Below are positions 27,405-37,705 of a DNA stretch of 45,218 nt, piece after piece. The stretch lies in contig JAAYIR010000045.1 in NCBI GenBank assembly GCA_012523355.1, positions 1 through 45,218 of the forward strand, read 5' to 3'. Position 1 is the first letter of the stretch; every line of letters starts with the position of its first letter. The notes beneath the pieces are model-generated. The model searched no databases. It saw only the letters and a program-made list of their open reading frames with translations, and was not told where the DNA came from. The translations under genes were made by a program, and so were the position numbers. This DNA comes from a candidate division WS1 bacterium. GTDB lineage: Bacteria; Armatimonadota; Zipacnadia; Zipacnadales; Zipacnadaceae.

Positions 27405-29369
27405 ATGGCATTTTGCGCCTTTGCCCGTAACTTACGGCGTAGCCGAGCCAGTCGGTGGCTGGCTGTGGTCGGCTGCGTTACGTTACTGTCGACCGGCGTG
27501 CATGCCAACCCGGAGGAAGACCTCGGGAGACTGATCGCACGCCAGTTTGAGCGACAGTACGGTCTCTGCCGAAGCCCCGTGCTGAATCGTTGGGTCACTC
27601 GGATCGGCGAAGAGATCGCTACTCAATCTCCGCGTCGCAACCTGACCTATCGCTTCGGGCTCGTGAATTCTGGCGAGGTGAACGCCTGGTCTCTTCCGGG
27701 CGGTTATGTCTACTGCACCACAGGACTACTGGGACAGGTGAATTCCGACGATGATCTGGCAGGGATCTTGGCTCACGAGCTCGCTCACTTGCAGAATCGC
27801 GACTTTCAACGGGTCCTCAAACGCCAAGGCTTGTTGGCAATCCTGGTCTTACTAGCCCAGAGCAACGGCCAAGAAGACCTAGGGACAGGGCTACAGTGGT
27901 ATCAGTTGTTCGACGGGCTGCGCCAGTCCCGGCGACATGAGGCTGCAGCGGACAACGTCGGTGTAGCGCTGTGCACCCGTTCGGGATATGACCCTGCGGG
28001 TCTCATCCACTTCCTCGACCAGATCGCCCAGGGGCAACATACATGGAGCTACTGGGAGACGCTTCTATCCACACATCCCCATCCGGCGCGACGCAAAGAG
28101 TGGGTCGCAAATGAGGTGTTGCGTAGTCTGACACCTGAGAGGAGAATTGCGTTAGCGCAGCGACTTGCTTCTCGCGCACGCTATCAACGAGCACTCCTGC
28201 ACCTCCAGCAAGCCCTGTCTCTCGATCCCACACGCGTAGACGGACACGTTGAGGCGGCACGCATATACCTGGCTCAGGGACGCCCTGCAAGCGCTGCCGA
28301 GCACGCGCGCCAAGCTCTGGAGTTGGCTCCTCACGAGGCCGAGGCAGCAAGCCTCTATCTGCAGTCAACTGGAGAAGTGTTACCCAGCCCCGCATACTGG
28401 TCCCCATCCGCGTCTCTGAGGTACAAGATGACGGCCCTCCAGGGGCAATTGGCTGCTCAAGAGCCGAACCGGCAGCGACTGCGTGGCCGGATTGCAGAGG
28501 AACTGCGCCGCTTGCACGGCAATGCGCGGTTTGCGCAGGCACTGGGAATTGCACAGGGCGTGACCACGGATGAGGCTGACTTCCTTCAGCTGGCACTGCT
28601 GGTGCAGGCGGCATTCGTTCTGCAGGAGATTGCCAACCTGGCCAGCCAGATCAACCAGATGCGTTGGCTAGAATATGATCTGCCGTCCGCCTTCGTGGAG
28701 GAAGCGTCGCGTTTGTTGCGGTCAGAAGCCCACTTTGGACGGGGGGCCGAATATGATCGCGCCGGAGAGCGGCTGGCGCGGAGTGAAGAATTGGCCCGGG
28801 ATGAACACCTGGAGGCCCTGGAGTCACTGGTGCACACTGCAGCAGAGTTGCGCCGGGTGGGGCAGCAAGTCGCACCGATATTCCTGGAATTGGTGGCGAG
28901 CGGCCGGGGGCGGCCACTGGGTCCCATGCTGGCCAGCCGAGGAGCCTTGATGGAGGCCCAGGTTCTGATGGCGCATGGAGACCTGCGTGAGGTTCGGCCG
29001 TCCACGAGCGCTGCGCTTCGCAAGCTGTGCGAGATAAGGGGCGGTGTCTACTCTGCTTCGCTGGCTCGGATGGGCGCTGGTGCGGGGACGCATCAGGCAC
29101 TGACATATGCAGAAGTACTGGCGCTGTGCTACGAGAACAACCCGGAGAAGGTCCTGGAGATCTGGAACAGAGAGGGCGACCTGGGGAGCGCGGCAGAGGC
29201 TCTTGCCACGAGCCCGATTACCAGCCCAGGGCCCCGGGAGGTCAAAGACGGAGGCAGGGAGAATGCCCTCTGGGGTGAGAGCGCGTACAGCGCCTATGTT
29301 CTCCTGCGGTTGAGCAGCCGGCGCTGCGCGGAAGAGCGAGTGGAAAGGTCTGAGGGGAGTCGGGAGTAG
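27405..29369 (+). CDS. M48 family metallopeptidase with TPR repeats
   Basis: VNAWSLPGG, ILAHELAH, EAAAD, GYDP, STHP; TPR motifs follow; start uncertain. Confidence 0.88.
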   Translation: MAFCAFARNLRRSRASRWLAVVGCVTLLSTGVHANPEEDLGRLIARQFERQYGLCRSPVLNRWVTRIGEEIATQSPRRNLTYRFGLVNSGEVNAWSLPGGYVYCTTGLLGQVNSDDDLAGILAHELAHLQNRDFQRVLKRQGLLAILVLLAQSNGQEDLGTGLQWYQLFDGLRQSRRHEAAADNVGVALCTRSGYDPAGLIHFLDQIAQGQHTWSYWETLLSTHPHPARRKEWVANEVLRSLTPERRIALAQRLASRARYQRALLHLQQALSLDPTRVDGHVEAARIYLAQGRPASAAEHARQALELAPHEAEAASLYLQSTGEVLPSPAYWSPSASLRYKMTALQGQLAAQEPNRQRLRGRIAEELRRLHGNARFAQALGIAQGVTTDEADFLQLALLVQAAFVLQEIANLASQINQMRWLEYDLPSAFVEEASRLLRSEAHFGRGAEYDRAGERLARSEELARDEHLEALESLVHTAAELRRVGQQVAPIFLELVASGRGRPLGPMLASRGALMEAQVLMAHGDLREVRPSTSAALRKLCEIRGGVYSASLARMGAGAGTHQALTYAEVLALCYENNPEKVLEIWNREGDLGSAAEALATSPITSPGPREVKDGGRENALWGESAYSAYVLLRLSSRRCAEERVERSEGSRE

Positions 29370-29375
29370 ATACTG

Positions 29376-30110
29376 GTGCGCTACGCCATTCTGTCTGATA
29401 TTCACAGCAATTTGTCCGCTTTGGAGGAGACGCTCCGGGTTGCAGCGGAGGCGAACGTGAACCGCTATCTGTGCCTGGGCGACATCGTCGGCTACGGTCC
29501 GAGCCCCAACGAGTGCTGCGAACGAATACGGGCCTTGCCGGGCATGTTCATTCGAGGCAATCACGATGAGGCCGCCATTCAGCCTGGAAAGGAGATGTGG
29601 TTCACTCCCGCAGCACGAGCCTGTATCACGTGGACACGGGAGCAGTTGACTTCGGAGAACCTGGAGTTCCTGGAGAGTCTCCCCCAAGAAGAGGTAGTAG
29701 AAGGGGCCATCCTATGTCACGGTTCCGTAGCTAATCCGGATCTGTACACGACGACACCTGAGGAGTCCATGGTGAGCTTCCAGGTGATGGAAGGGCAACT
29801 CGCTTTCTTCGGTCATACGCATTACGCCGAATGGTTTCGCCACAACAAGAACTCGGAATTGCCTGTGGAGGAGACCAGACCGCGGGGCGGCTTTCTCCGT
29901 CTGAGACGAGAGAGTCAGTTCATGGTCAACCCGGGCGCGGTCGGTCAGCCAAGAGATGGCAACCAGCAAGCCAGCTTCGTTATCTGGGACCAGACGGCGG
30001 GGACCATCGAGTTTCTCCGAGTTGACTACAACGTGGCCGACACCCAACGGCGGATGCTGGAGGCGGGCCTGCCAGAGAACATGGCATTGCGCCTGGGACT
30101 AGGAATCTGA
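29376..30110 (+). CDS. Calcineurin-like metallophosphoesterase
   Basis: SDIH, GDIVGYG, GNHD, HG, GHTH, NPGAVGQPRD. Confidence 0.93.
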   Translation: MRYAILSDIHSNLSALEETLRVAAEANVNRYLCLGDIVGYGPSPNECCERIRALPGMFIRGNHDEAAIQPGKEMWFTPAARACITWTREQLTSENLEFLESLPQEEVVEGAILCHGSVANPDLYTTTPEESMVSFQVMEGQLAFFGHTHYAEWFRHNKNSELPVEETRPRGGFLRLRRESQFMVNPGAVGQPRDGNQQASFVIWDQTAGTIEFLRVDYNVADTQRRMLEAGLPENMALRLGLGI

Positions 30111-30188
30111 GGTCCGCAGAGAACAAGAGCTTGCGGGGCCGGCCATAGTGATCCGGTTGCTGCACCGGTATGCAAGGAGGAATCAGCA

Positions 30189-30437
30189 ATGTCCACGGAA
30201 GACAAAGCTTTGCGCCGTCGGGTGGAGCACGAGATAGCCCGGTACGATATTGATTTCTCTCTGGGGAACGTGGCCGTAGTCCACAGCGTGGTCTACCTCT
30301 CGGGCAAAGTGAAGAGAACCCTGACTCCCGAGGGTCGCAACGTAGACCTGCAGAAACTCATGACCACCATCGTAGACTCAATTCGCGTCATACCCGGCGT
30401 CGCTGATGTGGCCATGGATTGCGACCTGCTGGGCTGA
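30189..30437 (+). CDS. Small BON-like domain protein
   Basis: AGGAGG RBS; V.V...VVYLSGKV and IPGV..V pattern. Confidence 0.6.
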   Translation: MSTEDKALRRRVEHEIARYDIDFSLGNVAVVHSVVYLSGKVKRTLTPEGRNVDLQKLMTTIVDSIRVIPGVADVAMDCDLLG

Positions 30438-30502
30438 GAAGGACCTTCCTCTCGAGATCCCGGACTGTACTGTTGGCCGGAGTTGGCCAGCCACGGAGGC
30501 CC

Positions 30503-31345
30503 ATGAGACACCTTGCTACAGAATCCCTGGTCAGACCTCTAAGCGAGCTCTGCCAGAGGATCAGTTTCGAGTTGCCGAAGGATATTCGGCGCGCACTCAC
30601 TGAGGCTGCGCGCAAGGAAAGCAACCTGCGGGCGCAAGAGATTCTGCAGATATTGCTGGCCAATCTTGAGGTAGCAGAACGCGACCGCGTTCCTCTCTGC
30701 CAGGACACGGGCATGATCGTGGTGTGGGCCCAGATAGGTCAAGACCTTTGTCTGGAGGGGAGTCTGCGGGCGGCAGTTGACCAGGCGGTGGCCCAGACCT
30801 GCGAGGAAGCACGCCTGAGGCCCTCAATGCTGAGCCACCCACTGAACCGCGCGAGCAATACCGGAGACAACACTCCCGCCTTTATTCACCTCGAGTTGGT
30901 TCCCGGAGATCAGCTCACGCTGCATGTAGCCGCCAAGGGCGGCGGTAGTGAGAACATGAGTGCGGTCTGGATGATGTCCCCCAGCCAGGGCCGCGAAGGC
31001 CTCATTGAGGCAGTAGTGGGACGAGTACGGGAGGCAGGAGGACGCCCTTGTCCGCCGCTGGTGCTGGGTCTGGGAGTGGGCGGCAATTTCGAGACAGCTC
31101 CCCTACTGGCCAAGCAAGCCCTGTTCCGTTCTCTGGGTGATCGCTCACCGGACCCGGTGTTGGCAGACCTGGAAGCCGAGATTCTTGCACGAGTCAATGC
31201 CACAGGGATTGGCCCCCTGGGATTGGGGGGCGACACAACGGCTCTCGCCGTACATGCTGTGGCCGGGCCCTGCCATCTAGCCACCATGCCTGTCGCCCTC
31301 AACATGCAGTGCCATGCGGCTCGCCACGGAACACTGGTGATCTAA
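30503..31345 (+). CDS. Fe-S fumarate hydratase / tartrate dehydratase alpha subunit
   Basis: PLCQDTG, KGGGSEN, PCPP, GIGPLGLGG, CHAARH; GGAGG RBS. Confidence 0.93.
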   Translation: MRHLATESLVRPLSELCQRISFELPKDIRRALTEAARKESNLRAQEILQILLANLEVAERDRVPLCQDTGMIVVWAQIGQDLCLEGSLRAAVDQAVAQTCEEARLRPSMLSHPLNRASNTGDNTPAFIHLELVPGDQLTLHVAAKGGGSENMSAVWMMSPSQGREGLIEAVVGRVREAGGRPCPPLVLGLGVGGNFETAPLLAKQALFRSLGDRSPDPVLADLEAEILARVNATGIGPLGLGGDTTALAVHAVAGPCHLATMPVALNMQCHAARHGTLVI

Positions 31346-31346
31346 C

Positions 31347-31925
31347 GTGCAACATACAGAACCAGCGCCGGATATGAACGCCGCACGTCTGGACCTACCC
31401 CTTACAAGGGGGGCAGTCTTACAGTTGCGTGCCGGACAAGCGGCGCGCCTCTTTGGCCCGATGTACACGGCGCGGGACGCGGCCCACGCGCGCCTCCGCG
31501 AGGCGCTGCGCACCGGCGAGTCAGCGCCGTTTCCGCTGGCCGGGAGTACTATCTACTATTGCGGCCCTACTCCGGGCAGGCTGCCCGAAACGCTGGGCGC
31601 GGCTGGCCCCACCACCAGCTCACGCATGGATGCGTATGCCCCGGAGCTTTATGCCTCCGGTATTCTTGCCACCCTGGGCAAGGGAGAACGATCCCTGGCG
31701 GTGCGGGAGGCCTGCCGCAACTATGGCACGGTATATCTGGTAACGGTCGGTGGAGCGGGAGCGCTGTTAGGGAGCCGTGTGGTGGCCGCAGAGACCCTGG
31801 CCTACCCCGATCTCGGTCCCGAGGCCATTCGGCGGCTGATCGTGAAAGACTTTCCGGTCTGGGTAGCCTATGACGCGCATGGAGGCAGCATCTTCCCCGG
31901 AGATCTCCCGCTGGAGGCCGATTGA
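31347..31925 (+). CDS. Fe-S fumarate hydratase / tartrate dehydratase beta subunit
   Basis: TARDAAH, YYCGP, GPTTSSRMD, GKG, DLGPEAI; alternative ATG at 31374. Confidence 0.93.
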   Translation: MQHTEPAPDMNAARLDLPLTRGAVLQLRAGQAARLFGPMYTARDAAHARLREALRTGESAPFPLAGSTIYYCGPTPGRLPETLGAAGPTTSSRMDAYAPELYASGILATLGKGERSLAVREACRNYGTVYLVTVGGAGALLGSRVVAAETLAYPDLGPEAIRRLIVKDFPVWVAYDAHGGSIFPGDLPLEAD

Positions 31926-31929
31926 GGGC

Positions 31930-33279
31930 ATGCGCGTGCTTGCCGGTTGGTTAGGCGCTCTATTTTATGCCCTCGGGCAGGGGGTGCTCCCAGCCGGACG
32001 ATTCGGACGCGCGCTGGCACGTCAGTTTCTCCGCCAGAGCCTGACGTTCTCACCACAACACCATCGGGCCCGCTCATACCTTGACTATCTCCTCGGTGTG
32101 CGAGACATGGAGGGAGGTGACCCCCAGGCCGCGCTACCCCTGCTGCGGCGGGCTGCCAAGGCTCTTCCTGCGGATGCCGCAGTTCGGTTGGACGCAGCAA
32201 TCGTCATGACTGCGTGTGGTGAGTATCAGAGCGCGGAAGCAGAATTCAACAGGCTACTGCAGGAACATCCCCGTCGTGTTCGGAATGAACCCCAGCTCTG
32301 GTTTGCCCTGGCCTGGTCACAGCTTCGACTGGGACAGTATTCAAGGTGTGAGGCAACTGCACGTCGGGGAGCTGAAGCGGGCGCTGCCACGGTACAGCTA
32401 CGCCTGGCTGCCCTGCTGGCCGGCTTCGGCAACGGCACAGCACTAGATGAAGAGGGCCTGCAGCAAGTGCTGAATACCCGGCCACAGCTCCTCCCTCATT
32501 TGCTCGAATTTGTCGAGCAACTGGTGGAGAGTCACCAGGCTTCACTGGCCAGTCAGTTATTGCAGGCTTTGCCAGCCGCCATCCAGCCCGACTGCTTGCG
32601 CTTGCTGGCAGGCTCAGCGCTTAACAGCGAGCGCCTGGAGGTTGCCCGGTGGGCCCTGCACCGCTGGAAGGACAGTGGGGCCTCTCCGGTGGAACGCCTG
32701 GTGCTGGCATCAGAACTACACCTCCACGAGGGCCGGTTTAAGGAAGCCATAGCACTTGCTCGCGAAGCAGTGAGTATGGACAGCGCCAGTGCCAGGGCCC
32801 AGGAGCGGCTGGGGGAGGCGTTGCTCCTGGGCGCACGCCTGGACGAAGCATACCCAGCCTTCGAGGCAGCTCTCCAGGGCGGCAGTTCCTCCTCGCTGGC
32901 GGCCGGCGTCCTGGCGCTCCGCCTACTGGAGCAGGGCGACCTCACCGGGGCACGCAGCCTCTTCCGCAGTCAGCGACGAGGAGGCGCGCTGGGCTGCGCC
33001 CTGGCTAACGCAGCCACCGCCAGCCTTCGCCTGCAGGAGGACAGGCTCCCGGAATCCCTGCGATGCGCCAACCTAGCCTGGGAGCAGTTTTCTGAACAAC
33101 CTTCGTGGGGACGCCAGCCCGTTGTATGTGATCTCCTGACCGATGCTTTGCTGCACCTTCTAGAGGCCCTGCTGGCCAGAGGCACCTTGCTCCGCAAGGC
33201 GGATCTGGATAACGCGCGTGAGCTACGGGACAACATCCTCTCAAGCCCGCCCGCAAGGCCCACTCCTCTGTCCAAGTGA
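31930..33279 (+). CDS. TPR-repeat protein
   Basis: Several TPR-like helical pairs, e.g. GRFKEAIALAREAVSMDSASARAQERLGEALL. Confidence 0.75.
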   Translation: MRVLAGWLGALFYALGQGVLPAGRFGRALARQFLRQSLTFSPQHHRARSYLDYLLGVRDMEGGDPQAALPLLRRAAKALPADAAVRLDAAIVMTACGEYQSAEAEFNRLLQEHPRRVRNEPQLWFALAWSQLRLGQYSRCEATARRGAEAGAATVQLRLAALLAGFGNGTALDEEGLQQVLNTRPQLLPHLLEFVEQLVESHQASLASQLLQALPAAIQPDCLRLLAGSALNSERLEVARWALHRWKDSGASPVERLVLASELHLHEGRFKEAIALAREAVSMDSASARAQERLGEALLLGARLDEAYPAFEAALQGGSSSSLAAGVLALRLLEQGDLTGARSLFRSQRRGGALGCALANAATASLRLQEDRLPESLRCANLAWEQFSEQPSWGRQPVVCDLLTDALLHLLEALLARGTLLRKADLDNARELRDNILSSPPARPTPLSK

Positions 33280-33434
33280 CCCTCCTCTCTCCCGCGCACC
33301 GACGGCAAGAGCCCTGTTGCACTTCTGTAACCCGCCGCTAGCCTGAGTGTTACCTGGCACACTTTGAGGCTGTCTGCAAGTTCACCGATAGTCACCTCGA
33401 GCAACACTCCTGCCAGCTCCTACGAGGTGAAACT

Positions 33435-34307
33435 ATGGCCAAGCTCTGGGTCTTCCTCCACGTGCTTGTTCTGCTCGCTGTAATCGTCGTGTCTCTCGTC
33501 ATGATTGCCGCACACCCTAGCGGGGCTGCCGAACTCCCTGCGCTCAATGCCCCTGGTGACTTTCTGCAGTTCTGGCAAGAGGCCGACCTCTCGCTGGCAC
33601 AATGGTCACCCGACCTCACGCATATCCCTGGCTCTCAAGAGGTCGAGTTCACTGGGTTCGGCGGCCTGCGTTGTACCGCGCGGGTACGATTACCTCGCCA
33701 AGGACCACCCTATGCCGGGGGCGTATTGCACATCACCGCCACCGGACGCCCATCAGGACCCGTTCCAGAAGACGGCCTGGTGCATCTCTTCATCTCCTGG
33801 GACCCCTCTCGTCCTGAGGCCGCCTGGCAGCTAGACGCGGGCGATGACCCCCGAAGTTGCGACCTCTACCGCGCCTGCCTCTCAGCGCGCCAAGCGCTTT
33901 CGCTCCTCGCCGCGCTGCCCGGTCTCAGACCCGGGCGTATCGCCGCCATCGGGGAGGGAATCGGGGGCATGGAGGCCCTGGCGCTGGCCACGATGGATCC
34001 GGACCAGGTGGCCTGTGTGGTGGGAATCCTGCTGGAAGGACCGAACTCCCGCATGGTGGGACTAGATGCAGATACGCGGGCGGTTGCCAGCTATTTCGAC
34101 CCGGCGAACTTCGCGCGCTACGTTCATGCTCCTGTACTGCTACTCGGACCCGAGATGGGCTCAATGGAGAGCGCAGCGTCAGCCGGCTCGCGATGGGTGG
34201 CTGAGAAACTGGCTCACATCTCCTCCGGAAGGCCACTGCTGGCTACAGACCAGGCCAGCAAAGCTCAGCTCATCCCCGGTCCGCCCAGGGTCGAGTCGGA
34301 GTCCTGA
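33435..34307 (+). CDS. Exported acetyl xylan esterase (CE7)-like alpha/beta hydrolase, probably inactive
   Basis: EFTGFGG, RIAAIGEGIGG (elbow Ser replaced by Gly), SYFDPANFA..VHAPVL; N-terminal signal or anchor. Confidence 0.65.
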   Translation: MAKLWVFLHVLVLLAVIVVSLVMIAAHPSGAAELPALNAPGDFLQFWQEADLSLAQWSPDLTHIPGSQEVEFTGFGGLRCTARVRLPRQGPPYAGGVLHITATGRPSGPVPEDGLVHLFISWDPSRPEAAWQLDAGDDPRSCDLYRACLSARQALSLLAALPGLRPGRIAAIGEGIGGMEALALATMDPDQVACVVGILLEGPNSRMVGLDADTRAVASYFDPANFARYVHAPVLLLGPEMGSMESAASAGSRWVAEKLAHISSGRPLLATDQASKAQLIPGPPRVESES

Positions 34308-34456
34308 TATGCTCACCCACGACAGAGGCGGCCGGAGAGGGGCCGTCTCTCGCGGTTCCAGCATGACAAGTCCTCAGCGCCCGGCACAGGAACAAAGCCG
34401 GGCGCCAGCACGTCCTAGTGCCGTTTTCAAACGTGCTCTGAGCGTGTGCACTGGTC

Positions 34457-37400
34457 ATGCCAAAGGCGCCTCAATCGCTCCACAAGCTGGCTCTATGCGC
34501 TGCCGTGGTTTGTTGCCTGGCAGAGCTGACCCCTGCGCATGCCGATTTTCTCGATTCCATCGAGAAGGCCCTGGACCGTGCGGGACTGTTCCAGGGCCTC
34601 CAGATCAGTGGTCAGAACTCGTTTACCCTCCAGAGGAACTTTCTACAAGGCTCCCAGGCCAGCTTTGAGGGACAACGCTGGGATACGGGAGATCTTCTCC
34701 GGCAGAGCAGTATCCATCTGGAGGGGCCCATCTGGAAGGAGTTCGGCTTCCGGGCAGACATTTCTGATTCAGGGTATGGCCGCGCGTACACCAACTGGGT
34801 GGTCGGATATGTGGGGCATGACACCGCCCTATACTACGGCAACCTGAACGTTAGTCTGATGGGCAACCAGTTTGCCAGCTTCGGTCGCACGCTGCAGGGC
34901 TGGCAACTGGACCAACGGCTCCCCAACAACGGTTTGATGCGTGCCTTCTACTCCCACGAGAAGGGACATACGCAAAACCAGGCGTTTCTGGGAAACAACA
35001 CCGCCGGACCATACTTTCTCACCTATACCCCCATCATCGAAGGCTCACTGCGGGTGAAGGTAGACGAACGGGCGCAGGAGCTCGGCACCGACTACCGCGT
35101 GGATTACCAGAGCGGGGAACTCTGGTTTCAGCCTTTCAGCGGTCCACCCAAGATCATACCGAGCACCTCGACGATCTCAGTCAGCTATCAGTCGGCGGGC
35201 TATGGCAGTTCACCCAGCACTCTCTCGGGCGTCCGTGCGGAGATGCCCATCTTCAAACGAAGAGGGCTGGTGGGGGCAACCTTCTTGCGCCAACAACGCC
35301 CCCGGGCCGGCCAGGGCGATACTGCGGGCCATCAGGAGGACATTTATCAAGGTTCCGGGACCACAGGACCCTTTGATACGAACTACCGCCCCATTCTGGC
35401 CGACGGAACGACAGTGGTCTACAAGGGCCAGAGCCAGACCATTTCCACCGCTCTGGTGGTGCTGGTAGACAATGCCCTCCAGACCGAGGGTCTGGACTAT
35501 GACTCATATCGGGACATCGGAAGGATCATCTTCCGCCGGCTTGTTCCGCCCACAGCGCTGGTGAGAATCCAGTACTACTATAGCCTCGGCGCCGATGTCA
35601 GCTCGCCAAACCTACAGGTCACCGGCCTGGATCTTTCGTACCGTCTTTCCCCTGAGATCACTCTGGCTACCCAGTTTGCACAGAGCGAGGGCGGAGGTGA
35701 CGGTGGGGGCGGATCAGCACTGTCGGGCCTGCTCACCTTCAGCCGCCCCGGGCTGCAATTCTCGGCTGAGTACCTCGACATGAGCCCGAGCTTCCGGTTT
35801 ATGGATTCGTCTGGCTTCTACACACAGCAGTCAGGGTTCGGCACCAACCTCTATTGGCGACCCAGCAAGTACCTGTCTCTGGAGGACTCCTTCTCAAGCA
35901 TGCGCAGTGCAACGGGGCTGTCGTTTGGATACAGCGGCTACGGAGGGGACAGTTACCTGCCCTCTGTTTACTCCGCAGTGGCGACGCAACAGGCCACTGA
36001 GCCAGACGAGGGCCTGAGTGTTGACACGTTACGCCACTCGCTGAGTGTCCGGCACGAGCGTCCCGGCTGGCCCACAGTGATGGCGGGCCGGAGCTTCATG
36101 TCAAACAGCGCGCTGCGCACCGGCAACAGCAGTTACCAGACCGACACTCTCCAGATCGCTCATGATTTTGGCCGCCGGCTGCGGGGCCAGGCCCAGTGGC
36201 AGGTCAATACTCAAGAATACTCAGCACCAACCACCTCAACCTCCGCACTGTTGTCGGGCAGCCGTTCTCACATGAACCAATACGCCCTGACCTGGATACC
36301 CAGCGATACACTCTCCTTCTCGGCGAACCTGAGCACTACTCGCACCGCTGGCAGAGGGGCTGCCGCCCTCGCCTCCAACCAGGCCTCCAGCTCAGACTCG
36401 GTTCAGTTCTCAGCTCGTTGGGCCCCCAGCGACCGGCTCAGCCTGAATCTGGATCACACCAGCAATGTCTCGCGAGGCGCTGTCACCAGCGGACTATACA
36501 CCTACCCGGCCGCCTGGCCTCATGCCCTGACTGTGCAGGAGACAGCAGCTCTGGCCCGGGACCGGCTTCGCGTTCTTCAAGGTGACAACACCACCGAGGT
36601 GGTCCAATTGCAGGACGATACGACCAACCTGGCCCTGACCTACCAGGTCTCGAATGCACTGAGCTGTGGACTCAGCCTGGGCCGACATAAATACAATACC
36701 AGTGGAGGCATCGGCTATCTGGCTAACAGCCTGCAAGACACGCGCAACCTGTTCTTCACGTGGCGGTTTTCCCCAGCGATGTCCTTGACCAGCAGTTTCG
36801 GTACTGATCGCCTTAACTACCTGGATGAGGGGCGCGGAGAGGTCACGAACAACACCTACTCCGCCTCGGTGAACTACCAGCCGAGCGGAAGCCTCTGGGG
36901 CACGGGGATAACCTTCAGCCGCCAGACAGGGAGCAGTCCCACCTATATCAACTTCGGTAATCGGCAGGGCTACGTCATGGTGGACACCGATCTCACTGAC
37001 GTGAGCGGGCAGGTTCGCTACCAACTCGCGGAGAAGGCCAGCGCATTCGCCAACATGAATCTATCCGACTTCGTGAGTGGCTTCTCCGCCTTCAACAAGC
37101 AGACAGCCGAGGTCGGCCTGGAGCACCAACTCAGCAACACCAGTCGCCTGGCCTTCAGCTATCGGCTGATCCGCAACTTGGCCGGCACGCCGAGTTCTCC
37201 TCTCTACGCGGGGATGAGTACCGGCGATCAGAACTACCAGGCTCACACTTTTGGCTTCACGTTGACCACCTCCTTTGGCAGCGGGGGTTCCGGCGAAGGC
37301 TTCAACGTACCCTCCGGAGGCTACGGAAGCAGTTACACCGGTGCGGAAGCCTACGGCACCTTCGGCGGGTTGGGGACTAGTGGCGCAGCAACGTTTGGCG

Positions 37401-37702
37401 GGTATCAGACGAGCCCGGGCTTCTCCACCACCAGTGGAGTTTTCGCCAACGCCGGGCTCGGGACACCTGGATTTGCCTCGGGGCGCGGTGACGACGCTGG
37501 CTTTTCTGCGAGATCGTGGAGTCCGGAGCAGGGTCGCGACCACGTACCGGCTTCCAGCCAACCCCCGGCGTTGGACTGGAGCGCAGCGGGGAGCGGAGAG
37601 TCAAGGGCAGAGGCAAGTGCTCCTCCAACTTCGTCCACCCTGGATACCTGGGAAGAAGGCCTATCCAGATGGGATTTCGGCACGCCCGGGGAGTGGTGGT
37701 AG
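34457..37702 (+). CDS. Large outer-membrane beta-barrel-like protein with SprA-like motifs
   Basis: Signal peptide (AHA-D); many amphipathic strands ending in Y/W-x-P/L-S; two G.DY..(D)Y..G.(I/L).F modules; Gly/Ser-rich tail. Confidence 0.7.
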   Translation: MPKAPQSLHKLALCAAVVCCLAELTPAHADFLDSIEKALDRAGLFQGLQISGQNSFTLQRNFLQGSQASFEGQRWDTGDLLRQSSIHLEGPIWKEFGFRADISDSGYGRAYTNWVVGYVGHDTALYYGNLNVSLMGNQFASFGRTLQGWQLDQRLPNNGLMRAFYSHEKGHTQNQAFLGNNTAGPYFLTYTPIIEGSLRVKVDERAQELGTDYRVDYQSGELWFQPFSGPPKIIPSTSTISVSYQSAGYGSSPSTLSGVRAEMPIFKRRGLVGATFLRQQRPRAGQGDTAGHQEDIYQGSGTTGPFDTNYRPILADGTTVVYKGQSQTISTALVVLVDNALQTEGLDYDSYRDIGRIIFRRLVPPTALVRIQYYYSLGADVSSPNLQVTGLDLSYRLSPEITLATQFAQSEGGGDGGGGSALSGLLTFSRPGLQFSAEYLDMSPSFRFMDSSGFYTQQSGFGTNLYWRPSKYLSLEDSFSSMRSATGLSFGYSGYGGDSYLPSVYSAVATQQATEPDEGLSVDTLRHSLSVRHERPGWPTVMAGRSFMSNSALRTGNSSYQTDTLQIAHDFGRRLRGQAQWQVNTQEYSAPTTSTSALLSGSRSHMNQYALTWIPSDTLSFSANLSTTRTAGRGAAALASNQASSSDSVQFSARWAPSDRLSLNLDHTSNVSRGAVTSGLYTYPAAWPHALTVQETAALARDRLRVLQGDNTTEVVQLQDDTTNLALTYQVSNALSCGLSLGRHKYNTSGGIGYLANSLQDTRNLFFTWRFSPAMSLTSSFGTDRLNYLDEGRGEVTNNTYSASVNYQPSGSLWGTGITFSRQTGSSPTYINFGNRQGYVMVDTDLTDVSGQVRYQLAEKASAFANMNLSDFVSGFSAFNKQTAEVGLEHQLSNTSRLAFSYRLIRNLAGTPSSPLYAGMSTGDQNYQAHTFGFTLTTSFGSGGSGEGFNVPSGGYGSSYTGAEAYGTFGGLGTSGAATFGGYQTSPGFSTTSGVFANAGLGTPGFASGRGDDAGFSARSWSPEQGRDHVPASSQPPALDWSAAGSGESRAEASAPPTSSTLDTWEEGLSRWDFGTPGEWW

Positions 37703-37705
37703 GAG

